Shown here: one piece after another, positions 6,654-14,517 of the stretch
How the letters are laid out: every line of letters starts with the position of its first letter
How positions within the stretch are numbered: position 1 is the stretch's first letter
Virus genome (UHGV): UHGV-0117107
Source of the DNA: a virus
Length of the DNA: 17,495 nt
Direction: 5' to 3' (one strand)
The notes under the pieces: model-generated
What the model saw: the letters and a program-made list of their open reading frames with translations, nothing else
Told to the model about the DNA's origin: nothing
Databases searched by the model: none
Translations under genes and position numbers: made by a program

Positions 6654-8399
6654 TTAGGCAGTTTCTTTCACGAATTCAAGAGCTACTGCGGAATACGGTT
6701 TAACAAGTGTACCGGAGCAACGTGTCTCCATAAGATACTTCTGCTTGTTGTAATCGATATCGAAATCATCGAAGAAGTTGATTTCTCCACCCTTATCTGT
6801 ACCTACGTTGTAATCTTTAAGATTTACATAGATACCAGCAAGCTCATATGTCTTATTTTCATCGTCTGTTCTTGTAAGACCTTCCATTACCGGAACCGGA
6901 ACGATTTCTCTTACGCGAAGAGATGCTGCAAGTTTCTGTACGCTATCATAGATAACACGTCCGTTTGTATCTTCAATGAGCAAGCAATCTGTAAGCATAT
7001 CCTCAGACATGAACATATCAGGGTTGCCAGATCCTTTATAATTCTTTCTGGATTTGATGCAAGCTTTGATGAATGCCTTAGCTTTCTCTTCAGCAGTAGC
7101 GGAATCGCTTACATTGATAGCTGCTTTAACTGTGAAAAGATCTTCCATCTTCCAGATAGGTCTGATGCAGTCCTCATTGATTTTATCGTTAGCCTCTTCA
7201 ACCGGATCTCTTCCATCACCGATAAGGAATGCGCGAGCAAGTTCCTCATCAAGCATCATACGAACTTCTCTCTTCAGCCATGGAAGAATATCGAAATCTG
7301 TAATATCAAGCATGTCATCGCGATCTAATGCCTGTTTCTTGTATACAGTTGTTGGATTTGTTACACGTTTGAGAAGCTTAAATACTTCTTCAATTTTAAG
7401 TTTGCCTTTCTGGTATCCCTTTGCTCTAGCCTGTGCTGCTGTGATGTCAGCAAAGATAGTTTTGATACGGGAGAACGGTGTGTGATGTACTCCGCCAAGT
7501 ACTTTTGATACCCAATCGTCATTACGTTTGATAAATTCCGGTTCATTGTTAAGATTCTTTGCATCCGGGAATAAGATGTCAATGTCTGTGATACCATGAG
7601 CAAGCACTGCCTCTTTAAGAGAACCTGAGCGTTTCGCATCTTCGAAAATCGCAGTCATCTCGGAGTGTGTAAGCACATCATCTGCCATAGGGGTTTCATT
7701 GTCGAATACGTTGTGTTTCATATTTTTGTTTCCTCCTTCATTTTCATCATCTTCTTCGGTTTCAACACCAGCATCTTCTAATGCCTGTCCGATCATAGCG
7801 TACACAACAGTTTTCTGTTTCTCAGAAAGAGTGTTGAATACATCAGCTACAGTTTCGTCCTTATTTTCTTCGGCATTATGTTTTTTGGTTTCTTCTGCCA
7901 TTTTTTCTTCTCCTTTCTCAGAAGTATCTGCGTGGAACAATGACTCCACATTTTCGATATATTCGCCTGAGCTGATATATCCCTCTTCATAAGAATCTTC
8001 GCCATGCATCATGACAGACTCTATTACTGCGCCTGGATTAGCACCAGCTAAAACCAAACTAAGCTCACGAATGACTCCGTGAACTACATTACTTCCCTGC
8101 TGTTTAAGTCTGTTGGCATATATGGAAAATCTATTCACATCACCATGCTGAACCAGCAATTTAGCATTCTGCCCTGATTCCGTATCGTTAAATGTGCAAT
8201 ATGCATACACACCTTCGTCCCTGTTTTCCAGCAAGGCATGACCGAGCACTTCATCTACGCTATTATGCTGATGATTCCAAACTAACGGTACAGTTTCACC
8301 ATCGCACTCTTTGAATGCATCTTTCATGATGACTCTACCGTCCGCACACAGCATGTCAGCTTTAGTAGCCCAGCCAGAACAATCATATGACTTAGCCAT
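6654..8399 (-). CDS. Prohead serine protease (HK97/S78 family) fused in frame to HK97-fold major capsid protein (581 aa)
   Basis: The N-terminal 135 aa or so carry S78-like motifs (VPLVWNHQHNSVDEVLGHA, RFSIYA, ELSLVLAGANPGA). An acidic linker spans roughly aa 136-226. The C-terminal 355 aa or so look like a capsid protein (ELARAFLIGDGRDP, the position, the size). SD AAAGGAGGCAGAAAATCAAAATG. Confidence 0.8.
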   Translation of the reverse strand: MAKSYDCSGWATKADMLCADGRVIMKDAFKECDGETVPLVWNHQHNSVDEVLGHALLENRDEGVYAYCTFNDTESGQNAKLLVQHGDVNRFSIYANRLKQQGSNVVHGVIRELSLVLAGANPGAVIESVMMHGEDSYEEGYISSGEYIENVESLFHADTSEKGEEKMAEETKKHNAEENKDETVADVFNTLSEKQKTVVYAMIGQALEDAGVETEEDDENEGGNKNMKHNVFDNETPMADDVLTHSEMTAIFEDAKRSGSLKEAVLAHGITDIDILFPDAKNLNNEPEFIKRNDDWVSKVLGGVHHTPFSRIKTIFADITAAQARAKGYQKGKLKIEEVFKLLKRVTNPTTVYKKQALDRDDMLDITDFDILPWLKREVRMMLDEELARAFLIGDGRDPVEEANDKINEDCIRPIWKMEDLFTVKAAINVSDSATAEEKAKAFIKACIKSRKNYKGSGNPDMFMSEDMLTDCLLIEDTNGRVIYDSVQKLAASLRVREIVPVPVMEGLTRTDDENKTYELAGIYVNLKDYNVGTDKGGEINFFDDFDIDYNKQKYLMETRCSGTLVKPYSAVALEFVKETA

Positions 8400-8438
8400 T
8401 TTGATTTTCTGCCTCCTTTTTAATTAACTTAAACTGCA

Positions 8439-8705
8439 TTAAACCGAAGCAGTGAAAGTAACAGCTGTTGAACTTCCATCACTAGCGATAAGACCAGTAG
8501 ACTTAAGGCATACCGGTTTGTAATATGTATCTGTCATGTAAACAGTTACTCCTTTAAGGAATAACTCCTGGAGATCTTCCTTCATGACTTTCTCCGCTTT
8601 TGCTTCCTTATCGTAGAACAGAACTTTTGAAGAATTTGCATATAAAACAACTGTTTTTACAAACTTTTCATCATATGCTGCATTAACTGTTTCTCTTTTA
8701 GCCAT
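8439..8705 (-). CDS. Hypothetical small protein after portal (88 aa from ATG at 8705)
   Basis: The track ORF extends to 8774 and would overlap the portal gene. The internal ATG at 8705 has SD GGAGGAAAATAATTATG and removes the overlap. No family was recognised. Confidence 0.5.
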   Translation of the reverse strand: MAKRETVNAAYDEKFVKTVVLYANSSKVLFYDKEAKAEKVMKEDLQELFLKGVTVYMTDTYYKPVCLKSTGLIASDGSSTAVTFTASV

Positions 8706-8748
8706 AATTATTTTCCTCCATTTGTTAATAATGTGTATTGTTTCACAA

Positions 8749-10020
8749 TCATAGGTCCGAAATTGGTGTGTCACCTAATGAGGGTTCTTCCTCTGGTGGA
8801 ATATCTTCTTCACTTATATCCGGAGTTGGATTCAATCCAGTTCCTGTTTGATTGATGTTGCTATTTACTAACTGGTCAGCTTTTGGATCATCTGATGGTT
8901 TCATACCAATAATCTGTCGAACCTCATTAGCTGTAAGTATTTCATTCTGCGTAAACACTCCAGCGATTTCAGCCAGTTTACTAAGAGGAACGAGTCTAAA
9001 CGAATCTCTGAAGAATTTGATAGTCTGATTCTGAGATCGTGCTGTCTTTGTTAAAAACTTGCGTTTCATCTCATCGACGATTGCTGCGACAATTGGCTCA
9101 ATAGTCCTTGAATAGTAGTTCAGCATTTCTTCTTCGCTCGCTGATCCATCGAGTATCGCCTGTGTGATTCCAAGCTGGCTGTATAGTTGAGCAGTTAGAT
9201 ATTCCACTTGTTTCATCAGGTTATTGTCGAGAGGTCTGTTTAACTGCACTATCTTTTCAGTTCCATCAACATAGCCAATACCGTAAGTGGAACCGCTTAG
9301 CTGTTGCTCCAGGTCCGCACGTCTTTCATTAGCTAGTTTTCGCCGAGCTTCAGATTTAATAGAATATGGTAGCTGAATAATCATGTCCAATTTTCCACTA
9401 CTGATACGTTCGTCCATTCTATCGAGAAGGGCAAGTTTTCGCGTAAGACGCTGCATGGTAGAATTATGCTCATTGATAACCGCATATAAAGGATTCTCAA
9501 CTATAGCTACCATTTTCTTTTCAAGCTTAATGTCTTCTCGTTCTCCTGTTCGTTCATTGTAAACTCTAACTTTCACATGGTTTGGATACCATTCAAGAAT
9601 TTTACCAGTTCGCATGGAAAGTATTTTATATGATTCAGTTTGAGATGGATCTATATCTGTATCAACAGGAACTATTGCTACACAGCCCTCGTCAAGCATA
9701 GACATAACGATATCTTGTGTGAATGCTCTACCAGTCTGATCGATATTCGCTTCAAGATTCAGACATTTATTAAGAGTCGAATCAATCTTTTCTATAAATC
9801 TACCGTTACTGTCTATACGACAGTGATTAATATTTATAGAAGAGACATCCAAAGCTATTCGATTAAAAATAGCAGTAACAACAGATCGCTCATTACCCCT
9901 AGTGAATCTCGGCCTATCCGGTCTATTTGAATATCCTGGACCAATGTTACGAGAGTCATATGTCGGATCTCGGTTCATGAAAGCATTCCACGAATGCCGA
10001 AGTCTATCTATAAAATCCAT
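8749..10020 (-). CDS. Portal protein (423 aa)
   Basis: SD GGAGGTAAAATCAAAATG. The call rests on size, position downstream of terL and upstream of protease/capsid, and a C-terminal region (NEILTANEVRQIIGMKPSDDP) followed by an acidic tail, as in many portal proteins. It is positional plus weak motif evidence. Confidence 0.65.
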   Translation of the reverse strand: MDFIDRLRHSWNAFMNRDPTYDSRNIGPGYSNRPDRPRFTRGNERSVVTAIFNRIALDVSSININHCRIDSNGRFIEKIDSTLNKCLNLEANIDQTGRAFTQDIVMSMLDEGCVAIVPVDTDIDPSQTESYKILSMRTGKILEWYPNHVKVRVYNERTGEREDIKLEKKMVAIVENPLYAVINEHNSTMQRLTRKLALLDRMDERISSGKLDMIIQLPYSIKSEARRKLANERRADLEQQLSGSTYGIGYVDGTEKIVQLNRPLDNNLMKQVEYLTAQLYSQLGITQAILDGSASEEEMLNYYSRTIEPIVAAIVDEMKRKFLTKTARSQNQTIKFFRDSFRLVPLSKLAEIAGVFTQNEILTANEVRQIIGMKPSDDPKADQLVNSNINQTGTGLNPTPDISEEDIPPEEEPSLGDTPISDL

Positions 10021-10034
10021 TTTGATTTTACCTC

Positions 10035-10631
10035 CTATGGTGTTGATGGATTAAGACTTTCAGCGATTTTAGCGTCTATGTATGAATGTATTTCAGCTAT
10101 ATCCGCTTCCGTCCAATAATCAGTACCTCTGACAGGTGTCTTCCCATCAGTACCAGGATCTCCTTTTGGTCCAGCATCACCAGTATCACCTTTTGGTCCC
10201 TGAACACCCTGTTCACCTTGAGGTCCGGTTAATCCTGTATCTCCCTTTGGACCCTGAATACCTTGTTCACCTTGAGGTCCAGTAGCTCCGGTATCACCTT
10301 TTGGTCCCTGGATACCCTGTTCACCTTTCGGGCCTGTAGCTCCGGTATCACCTTTCGGACCTTTAAGACTAGCTAACCATTCAGTCTCGCTTCCTTCGAA
10401 ACCAGTAGAAAGCGCTACTTGATAAGCAGAATCACCTGGATCTCCTTTTTCACCAGGAGGGCCAGGAGTGGTTGAACCAGTTCCTCCGTTAGTAATGAGC
10501 TCGCATAATTCCCAAAGCAATTCTTCAGCTCTAGACTGAGGTCTCGGCAATCCTTCAGTACCTTTCTGTAAGATAGTATTTTTCATATATTCTTCAAATC
10601 TACTATCCGGTATGTATGTTTCATCGATCAT
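10035..10631 (-). CDS. Collagen-like triple-helix repeat protein (198 aa)
   Basis: There are four G-X-Y triplets at aa 57-68 and 25 uninterrupted G-X-Y triplets at aa 91-165 (GPKGDTGATGPKGEQGIQ units). Between them is SAYQVALSTGFEGSETEWLASLKG, a motif common in phage collagen-like fibre proteins. A short non-collagen C-terminal domain follows. SD AGAGGTGACAAAATG. Confidence 0.85.
   Translation of the reverse strand: MIDETYIPDSRFEEYMKNTILQKGTEGLPRPQSRAEELLWELCELITNGGTGSTTPGPPGEKGDPGDSAYQVALSTGFEGSETEWLASLKGPKGDTGATGPKGEQGIQGPKGDTGATGPQGEQGIQGPKGDTGLTGPQGEQGVQGPKGDTGDAGPKGDPGTDGKTPVRGTDYWTEADIAEIHSYIDAKIAESLNPSTP
10137..10361 (-). repeat. Imperfect 54-bp tandem repeats (about 4 units) encoding the G-X-Y tract
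   Basis: The DNA units ggtatcacc-tttnggncc-ctgna(t/c)accctgttcacct(t)-nggncc-ngtnnn recur with 54-nt periodicity across 10137-10361. Confidence 0.8.
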
Positions 10632-10649
10632 TTTGTCACCTCTAAGTGC

Positions 10650-10895
10650 TTAGAGTTCAATTCCTTCAATGGCTGCTCTTACCTCAAGACATCTGAGATA
10701 CTCGCCCATGTAACGTTTCTGCTCCTGAAGTTTTGCTATCGGGCAAGTTGGTTTGAAGTCGAGAACTCCTGCTTCATGTTTTACAAGCATCTGATGTAAT
10801 TTGTCATATCGAATCTTTGTCTGATAATACTCAGCTTTAAAACGATCTTTATAATCGGAACTATTCATAAGTTCAATCGTGTCTTTTAACTCCAT
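10650..10895 (-). CDS. Small helical hypothetical protein (81 aa), resembles the widespread crAss001_48-related family
   Basis: SD AAGGAGGTAAATTCAAAATG. The sequence pattern is DYKDRFKAEYYQTKIRYDKLHQMLVKHEAGVLDFKPTCP...LQEQKRYMGEYLRCLEVRAAIEGIEL. The family assignment is from memory only. Confidence 0.45.
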   Translation of the reverse strand: MELKDTIELMNSSDYKDRFKAEYYQTKIRYDKLHQMLVKHEAGVLDFKPTCPIAKLQEQKRYMGEYLRCLEVRAAIEGIEL

Positions 10896-10915
10896 TTTGA
10901 ATTTACCTCCTTATC

Positions 10916-10972
10916 TTATTTACGGCCGCCTTTCTTACCGCCTTTTCCTTTACGTCCACCTTTACATGCCAT
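10916..10972 (-). CDS. Candidate micro-ORF, 18 aa: MACKGGRKGKGGKKGGRK
   Basis: I found it by hand in the otherwise unexplained 89-nt gap between terL and the next gene. SD AGAGGTGAAAAACTATG overlaps the terL stop. Its TAA is followed immediately by the next gene's SD. The composition is 8 of 18 Lys/Arg and 7 of 18 Gly. Confidence 0.35.
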   Translation of the reverse strand: MACKGGRKGKGGKKGGRK

Positions 10973-10984
10973 AGTTTTTCACCT

Positions 10985-12718
10985 CTATTCAAAAGCATCC
11001 TTGTTCAGTTTATAAGCAACGAACGCATCCATAAGTGCTGCAACGCAGTCAATCTTATGCTCTCGTTTGCGTTTATAAAGTTTTCTGTTACCGTTGGTGT
11101 CTTCAAGGGTGATACAGTTTCCCATAGCAAACGACATGATCTCTTCATCGAATCGAAGCATTCTCTCTTCAGAAAGGTTCTTTAATTCTCCAAGAGGAAT
11201 AGATTCTGTCTTTGCTCCCTGAATTACTTTCTCAATACCAAACGGACCATTCTCGGTTTCCCATCTATTAACAAATTCCTTTGCTCCATACGGGTCAAAG
11301 CCGAAACACCGAACATCGTAATCACTATCGATAATATGTTTATCCAGATCGTCGTAAACTTGCATCATATCGAGGATCGCACCGTCGAGAACTATCAAAC
11401 TACCTTCATTCATAAACTGATCGTATTTCGTCCGCATAGCTGCTGGTAATTTCATCAGAGTTAATGAAGAAATATAGTTTCTAGTCTTAATACCGAACGT
11501 TCCATCCTGTAAAGGGAACATAAATGAGAATGAGCAAAAGTCGTCTCCCTGCGATAAGTCTGCTCCCATAGCACAAGGTAATCCCCAGTAATCTCTACGT
11601 CTATGAGGTATTGTCTCTTCATAAGTAAAGTAATAGGTATAACCTTCCAACGGGATTCCAAATCTTTTCGCAAGAATATCGTTCTTTGCTGCTGGGTTCT
11701 GTTCGGCTCTTTCCACGTCAAGCTGATATGCTTCAGGGCTAACGGTCTTTCCAATATTCGGATTAGCCTTAAGCCACATTTCTGGATTTCCTACTTCCTC
11801 AATATCATCGAGCTTATACCACCAGATTGATACGTGAGGATTAGTGTACTCGTCTCGAAGAATCTTAGATAATTCCATTTTGATTGTGTCGCCGCTACCA
11901 TTTCGTACAGTACCTTCTGAACTGGTTGCCACAATAAGATAATCATCATTTTTTGAGGCACCCTGTTCAACAGCACCAACGACGTCTTCTCGTACATCTC
12001 CTGATAGCCATTCATCTATAGTGGAGATCTTATCTCTTCGTGACTGCAATTTATCGATGGACATTGGTAGAACTTCGATTATTGAATTTGTAAGGAAGTT
12101 CTCTACACCCTTTTTCGTACTAGCTAACTTCTGTCGATTCGCCCTTGAGCCTGTAGTATTCTGTAAAGAGCCCTCTGTTAAGAATTTAAACAAAGGACCT
12201 CTAGCTCTTGCTATAGCTGTACGAATAGGAGCTAATGTTGCTTCTGATTGTCTCATTGTCGGCGCGGTTACTAATTGCTGAGTAGTACTCGTGTCGACAT
12301 TTAAAAAATAAGCCTGAATACATGCCGCATACATCGATTTAGCAGCACCTCTGGCTACGATCAAATACTGTTTGTTAACCAGTCGTTTCTTAATTCTCTT
12401 GGTAACATATCGTCCTTCGTCGTAGTCATAGACTGATCGTTCAACGAAGTAATACCAACCGAAAATCTGTTCCGCCCAAAGTTTAAACGAATCAAGTAAA
12501 TGTAGATCTTCGCCATCAGTTAATGTGAGTTCGTTCTCACAATAATTAATAAAACCCTGGATCGCTTGGTCGTCATACCAAATTCCAGGGTTAGCTATAA
12601 GATCATCTATTCGATTCATCTCCATCGAGATTTCTTTACATATTGGGATTTCTCCTCGCATGACCGCCTCTCTAAAGCGGCCGTAATATTTCGGAACAGC
12701 CGTGTTTGAAAGACTCAT
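10985..12718 (-). CDS. terL: Terminase large subunit (577 aa)
   Basis: It has a Terminase_1-like layout with a Walker-A-like LIVARGAAKSMYAA, an ATPase N-half and a nuclease C-half. Size and position upstream of portal fit. SD AGGAGAAAAACATCATG. Confidence 0.9.
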   Translation of the reverse strand: MSLSNTAVPKYYGRFREAVMRGEIPICKEISMEMNRIDDLIANPGIWYDDQAIQGFINYCENELTLTDGEDLHLLDSFKLWAEQIFGWYYFVERSVYDYDEGRYVTKRIKKRLVNKQYLIVARGAAKSMYAACIQAYFLNVDTSTTQQLVTAPTMRQSEATLAPIRTAIARARGPLFKFLTEGSLQNTTGSRANRQKLASTKKGVENFLTNSIIEVLPMSIDKLQSRRDKISTIDEWLSGDVREDVVGAVEQGASKNDDYLIVATSSEGTVRNGSGDTIKMELSKILRDEYTNPHVSIWWYKLDDIEEVGNPEMWLKANPNIGKTVSPEAYQLDVERAEQNPAAKNDILAKRFGIPLEGYTYYFTYEETIPHRRRDYWGLPCAMGADLSQGDDFCSFSFMFPLQDGTFGIKTRNYISSLTLMKLPAAMRTKYDQFMNEGSLIVLDGAILDMMQVYDDLDKHIIDSDYDVRCFGFDPYGAKEFVNRWETENGPFGIEKVIQGAKTESIPLGELKNLSEERMLRFDEEIMSFAMGNCITLEDTNGNRKLYKRKREHKIDCVAALMDAFVAYKLNKDAFE

Positions 12719-12761
12719 GATGTTTTTCTCCTGTTTTATTTTGTGTTCTATTTAGCACACT

Positions 12762-13334
12762 TTAACGACCATAACGAGCATTGTTCAATATTCTTGACAC
12801 ATAGGTTCGTCCAGTCTTTTTGTATGCTTCTTGAGATTCGAGCAACATAGCATCTGCCTTATCAGATAATCTTGAAGCATCTTCGAACATTTTATTATAC
12901 TCCTTAGCATCTGCTGTTTTGTTCTGTGCAGAAGCTATAAATCTTGAAACTGCGTTTTTACCAAGTTTCTTGCGCTGCTCTTTAACCTGATTCCACTTTG
13001 CATCAGCAACATCACTAGCTTTTGATGCTGCATCAACCTTTTTAGAATAATCTTTTACTGCTGATTTTTTGGCATCTACTTTCGCTTTCTTTATGTCGGC
13101 TTTTGCTTCTCTTAAAGAAGCCTTAGCTGCATCTCTTTGGATCTTATTACCTTTTCGAATAGCTCCAATACCGTTCAACTGACCAGAATTCCTAGCTGCT
13201 TTACGAGCTTCTAATCCATCAGCTCTGGCTTTCTTAGAGGCTTGTCTAAAGGTCGGCTGATCGCTTCTCCTTCTAACTCCCCACTTCATGCCTTTTACAC
13301 CGTAGTGCATTAATTTGTCATCATAGTATCCCAT
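12762..13334 (-). CDS. Paralogue P4 of the YHxGxKGxKWGxRR family (190 aa): N-terminal module plus Lys/Ala-rich predicted helical region
   Basis: The N-terminus is MGYYDDKLMHYGVKGMKWGVRRR. SD AAGAGGTGAAAATTCAAAATG. The rest is highly basic (AKADIKKAKVDAKKSAVKDYSKK). The C-terminal KKTGRTYVSRILNNA resembles TKGREYASRMLETT in P1. Confidence 0.7.
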   Translation of the reverse strand: MGYYDDKLMHYGVKGMKWGVRRRSDQPTFRQASKKARADGLEARKAARNSGQLNGIGAIRKGNKIQRDAAKASLREAKADIKKAKVDAKKSAVKDYSKKVDAASKASDVADAKWNQVKEQRKKLGKNAVSRFIASAQNKTADAKEYNKMFEDASRLSDKADAMLLESQEAYKKTGRTYVSRILNNARYGR

Positions 13335-13363
13335 TTTGAATTTTCACCTCTTATCTCAAATAG

Positions 13364-14500
13364 TTATGTGTTCCCGGACAGCATCCCAATGATTTCTCTA
13401 TCCGATAGTTTCGTGTTCGGATGTTGTTTACGATAATTATTTATCGCTTTTGTGTTAAAAGCATATGATACTCCTACTGGAACAGTTGCTCCCAAAGCAT
13501 ACGTAGCTCCCTTTTTTGAGCCAGTTATTATTTTGTTGACGTAGTCTTCAGCTTTCTGTATTTTCTTAGCTTGATCAAGATTCTTTGAAATCTCATCAAC
13601 CGTTAATTCTCTAAAATTAGTTACAGAAATCTTTCCTTTCGCATCAAATACTATGAGAGGATTTTTTGTCTTGTAGTCATTAAACTTCATATCGTTAATG
13701 TCTTGAATAGCATTATATCCTTTTGATTTCATAGCACTATAAAATGTTTTGGATGAATATGAATCATGATTCCCAGCTAATTTAGAATTGAAATTTTCAT
13801 ACAGTTTTGATAACTCACTATCTGTATACGTTCCGAATTTAGCAAATCTTATAGGCTTTTCATTCGAACTTATAGAGCTTGGTAGATTATGTACATACTC
13901 TGCGAACTTTTTATCATTCTTATAAAGATCTTTGAATACTTTCTTCGCATTATTCTTAGAAGCAACTTTGACATCATCTTTAACTAATAAAGACATCACA
14001 TATGCTTTTCCAGTCTGTTGATATCGTTCTCTACCAAGTTTACCTGCATATTTTATGTTATCGGTTTTCTTGTATGAAGCGAAGAAATTATCGTATAACT
14101 TTCCTCCGGTATCTTTCATCTCTACTCGTTGCAACAACTTTCCAGACTTTATAGTTTTATCACAGTAATCTTTAATGTACTTATTTGTTGCATATGCAGC
14201 TATCGAAGCAACTGTGATACCGGCTGTTATGGCTATGATTTTCTCAGTTTTGATACGTCTATCAGCCGCCATCTTAGCCTGTTTAGGACTCATCCCTTTG
14301 CTAATATACTTAGATTCAATCCTCGATCTGTGACTCGATCTATTTGTGCTCTTATCGGATTCGTTTTGGTATTTATTCTTTCCAGCATTAGTGAGAGAAC
14401 CGTCTTTATTTTGGTAACGTCTTATTCCCCATTTCATGCCTTTTACACCGTAATGGTAGAGTTCATCTGTAGAAGTTATTCTTGAAATTGCATACTCCAT
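13364..14500 (-). CDS. Paralogue P3 of the YHxGxKGxKWGxRR family (378 aa): N-terminal module, one hydrophobic helix, C-terminal domain shared with P2
   Basis: The N-terminus is ...TDELYHYGVKGMKWGIRRYQNKDGSLTNAGKNKYQ. The hydrophobic segment is IIAITAGITVASIAAYA (aa 88-104). C-terminal motifs FYSAMKSKGYNAIQDINDMKF..YKTKNPLIVFDAKG align with P2. SD AAGAGGTAGGTGAGTCAAAATG. Confidence 0.7.
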   Translation of the reverse strand: MEYAISRITSTDELYHYGVKGMKWGIRRYQNKDGSLTNAGKNKYQNESDKSTNRSSHRSRIESKYISKGMSPKQAKMAADRRIKTEKIIAITAGITVASIAAYATNKYIKDYCDKTIKSGKLLQRVEMKDTGGKLYDNFFASYKKTDNIKYAGKLGRERYQQTGKAYVMSLLVKDDVKVASKNNAKKVFKDLYKNDKKFAEYVHNLPSSISSNEKPIRFAKFGTYTDSELSKLYENFNSKLAGNHDSYSSKTFYSAMKSKGYNAIQDINDMKFNDYKTKNPLIVFDAKGKISVTNFRELTVDEISKNLDQAKKIQKAEDYVNKIITGSKKGATYALGATVPVGVSYAFNTKAINNYRKQHPNTKLSDREIIGMLSGNT

Positions 14501-14517
14501 TTTGACTCACCTACCTC

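Noticed and set aside
8706-8774. N-terminal extension of the 88-aa gene (track start at 8774) overlapping the portal gene
   Set aside because: The extension (MTHQFRTYDCETIHIINKWRKII) has no SD and overlaps the portal 3' end by 26 nt. The ATG at 8705 has a proper GGAGG site.
10137-10361. Tandem 54-bp repeats as a possible CRISPR array or non-coding satellite
   Set aside because: The units are contiguous with no unique spacers. They lie in frame within an ORF and encode perfect G-X-Y collagen triplets.
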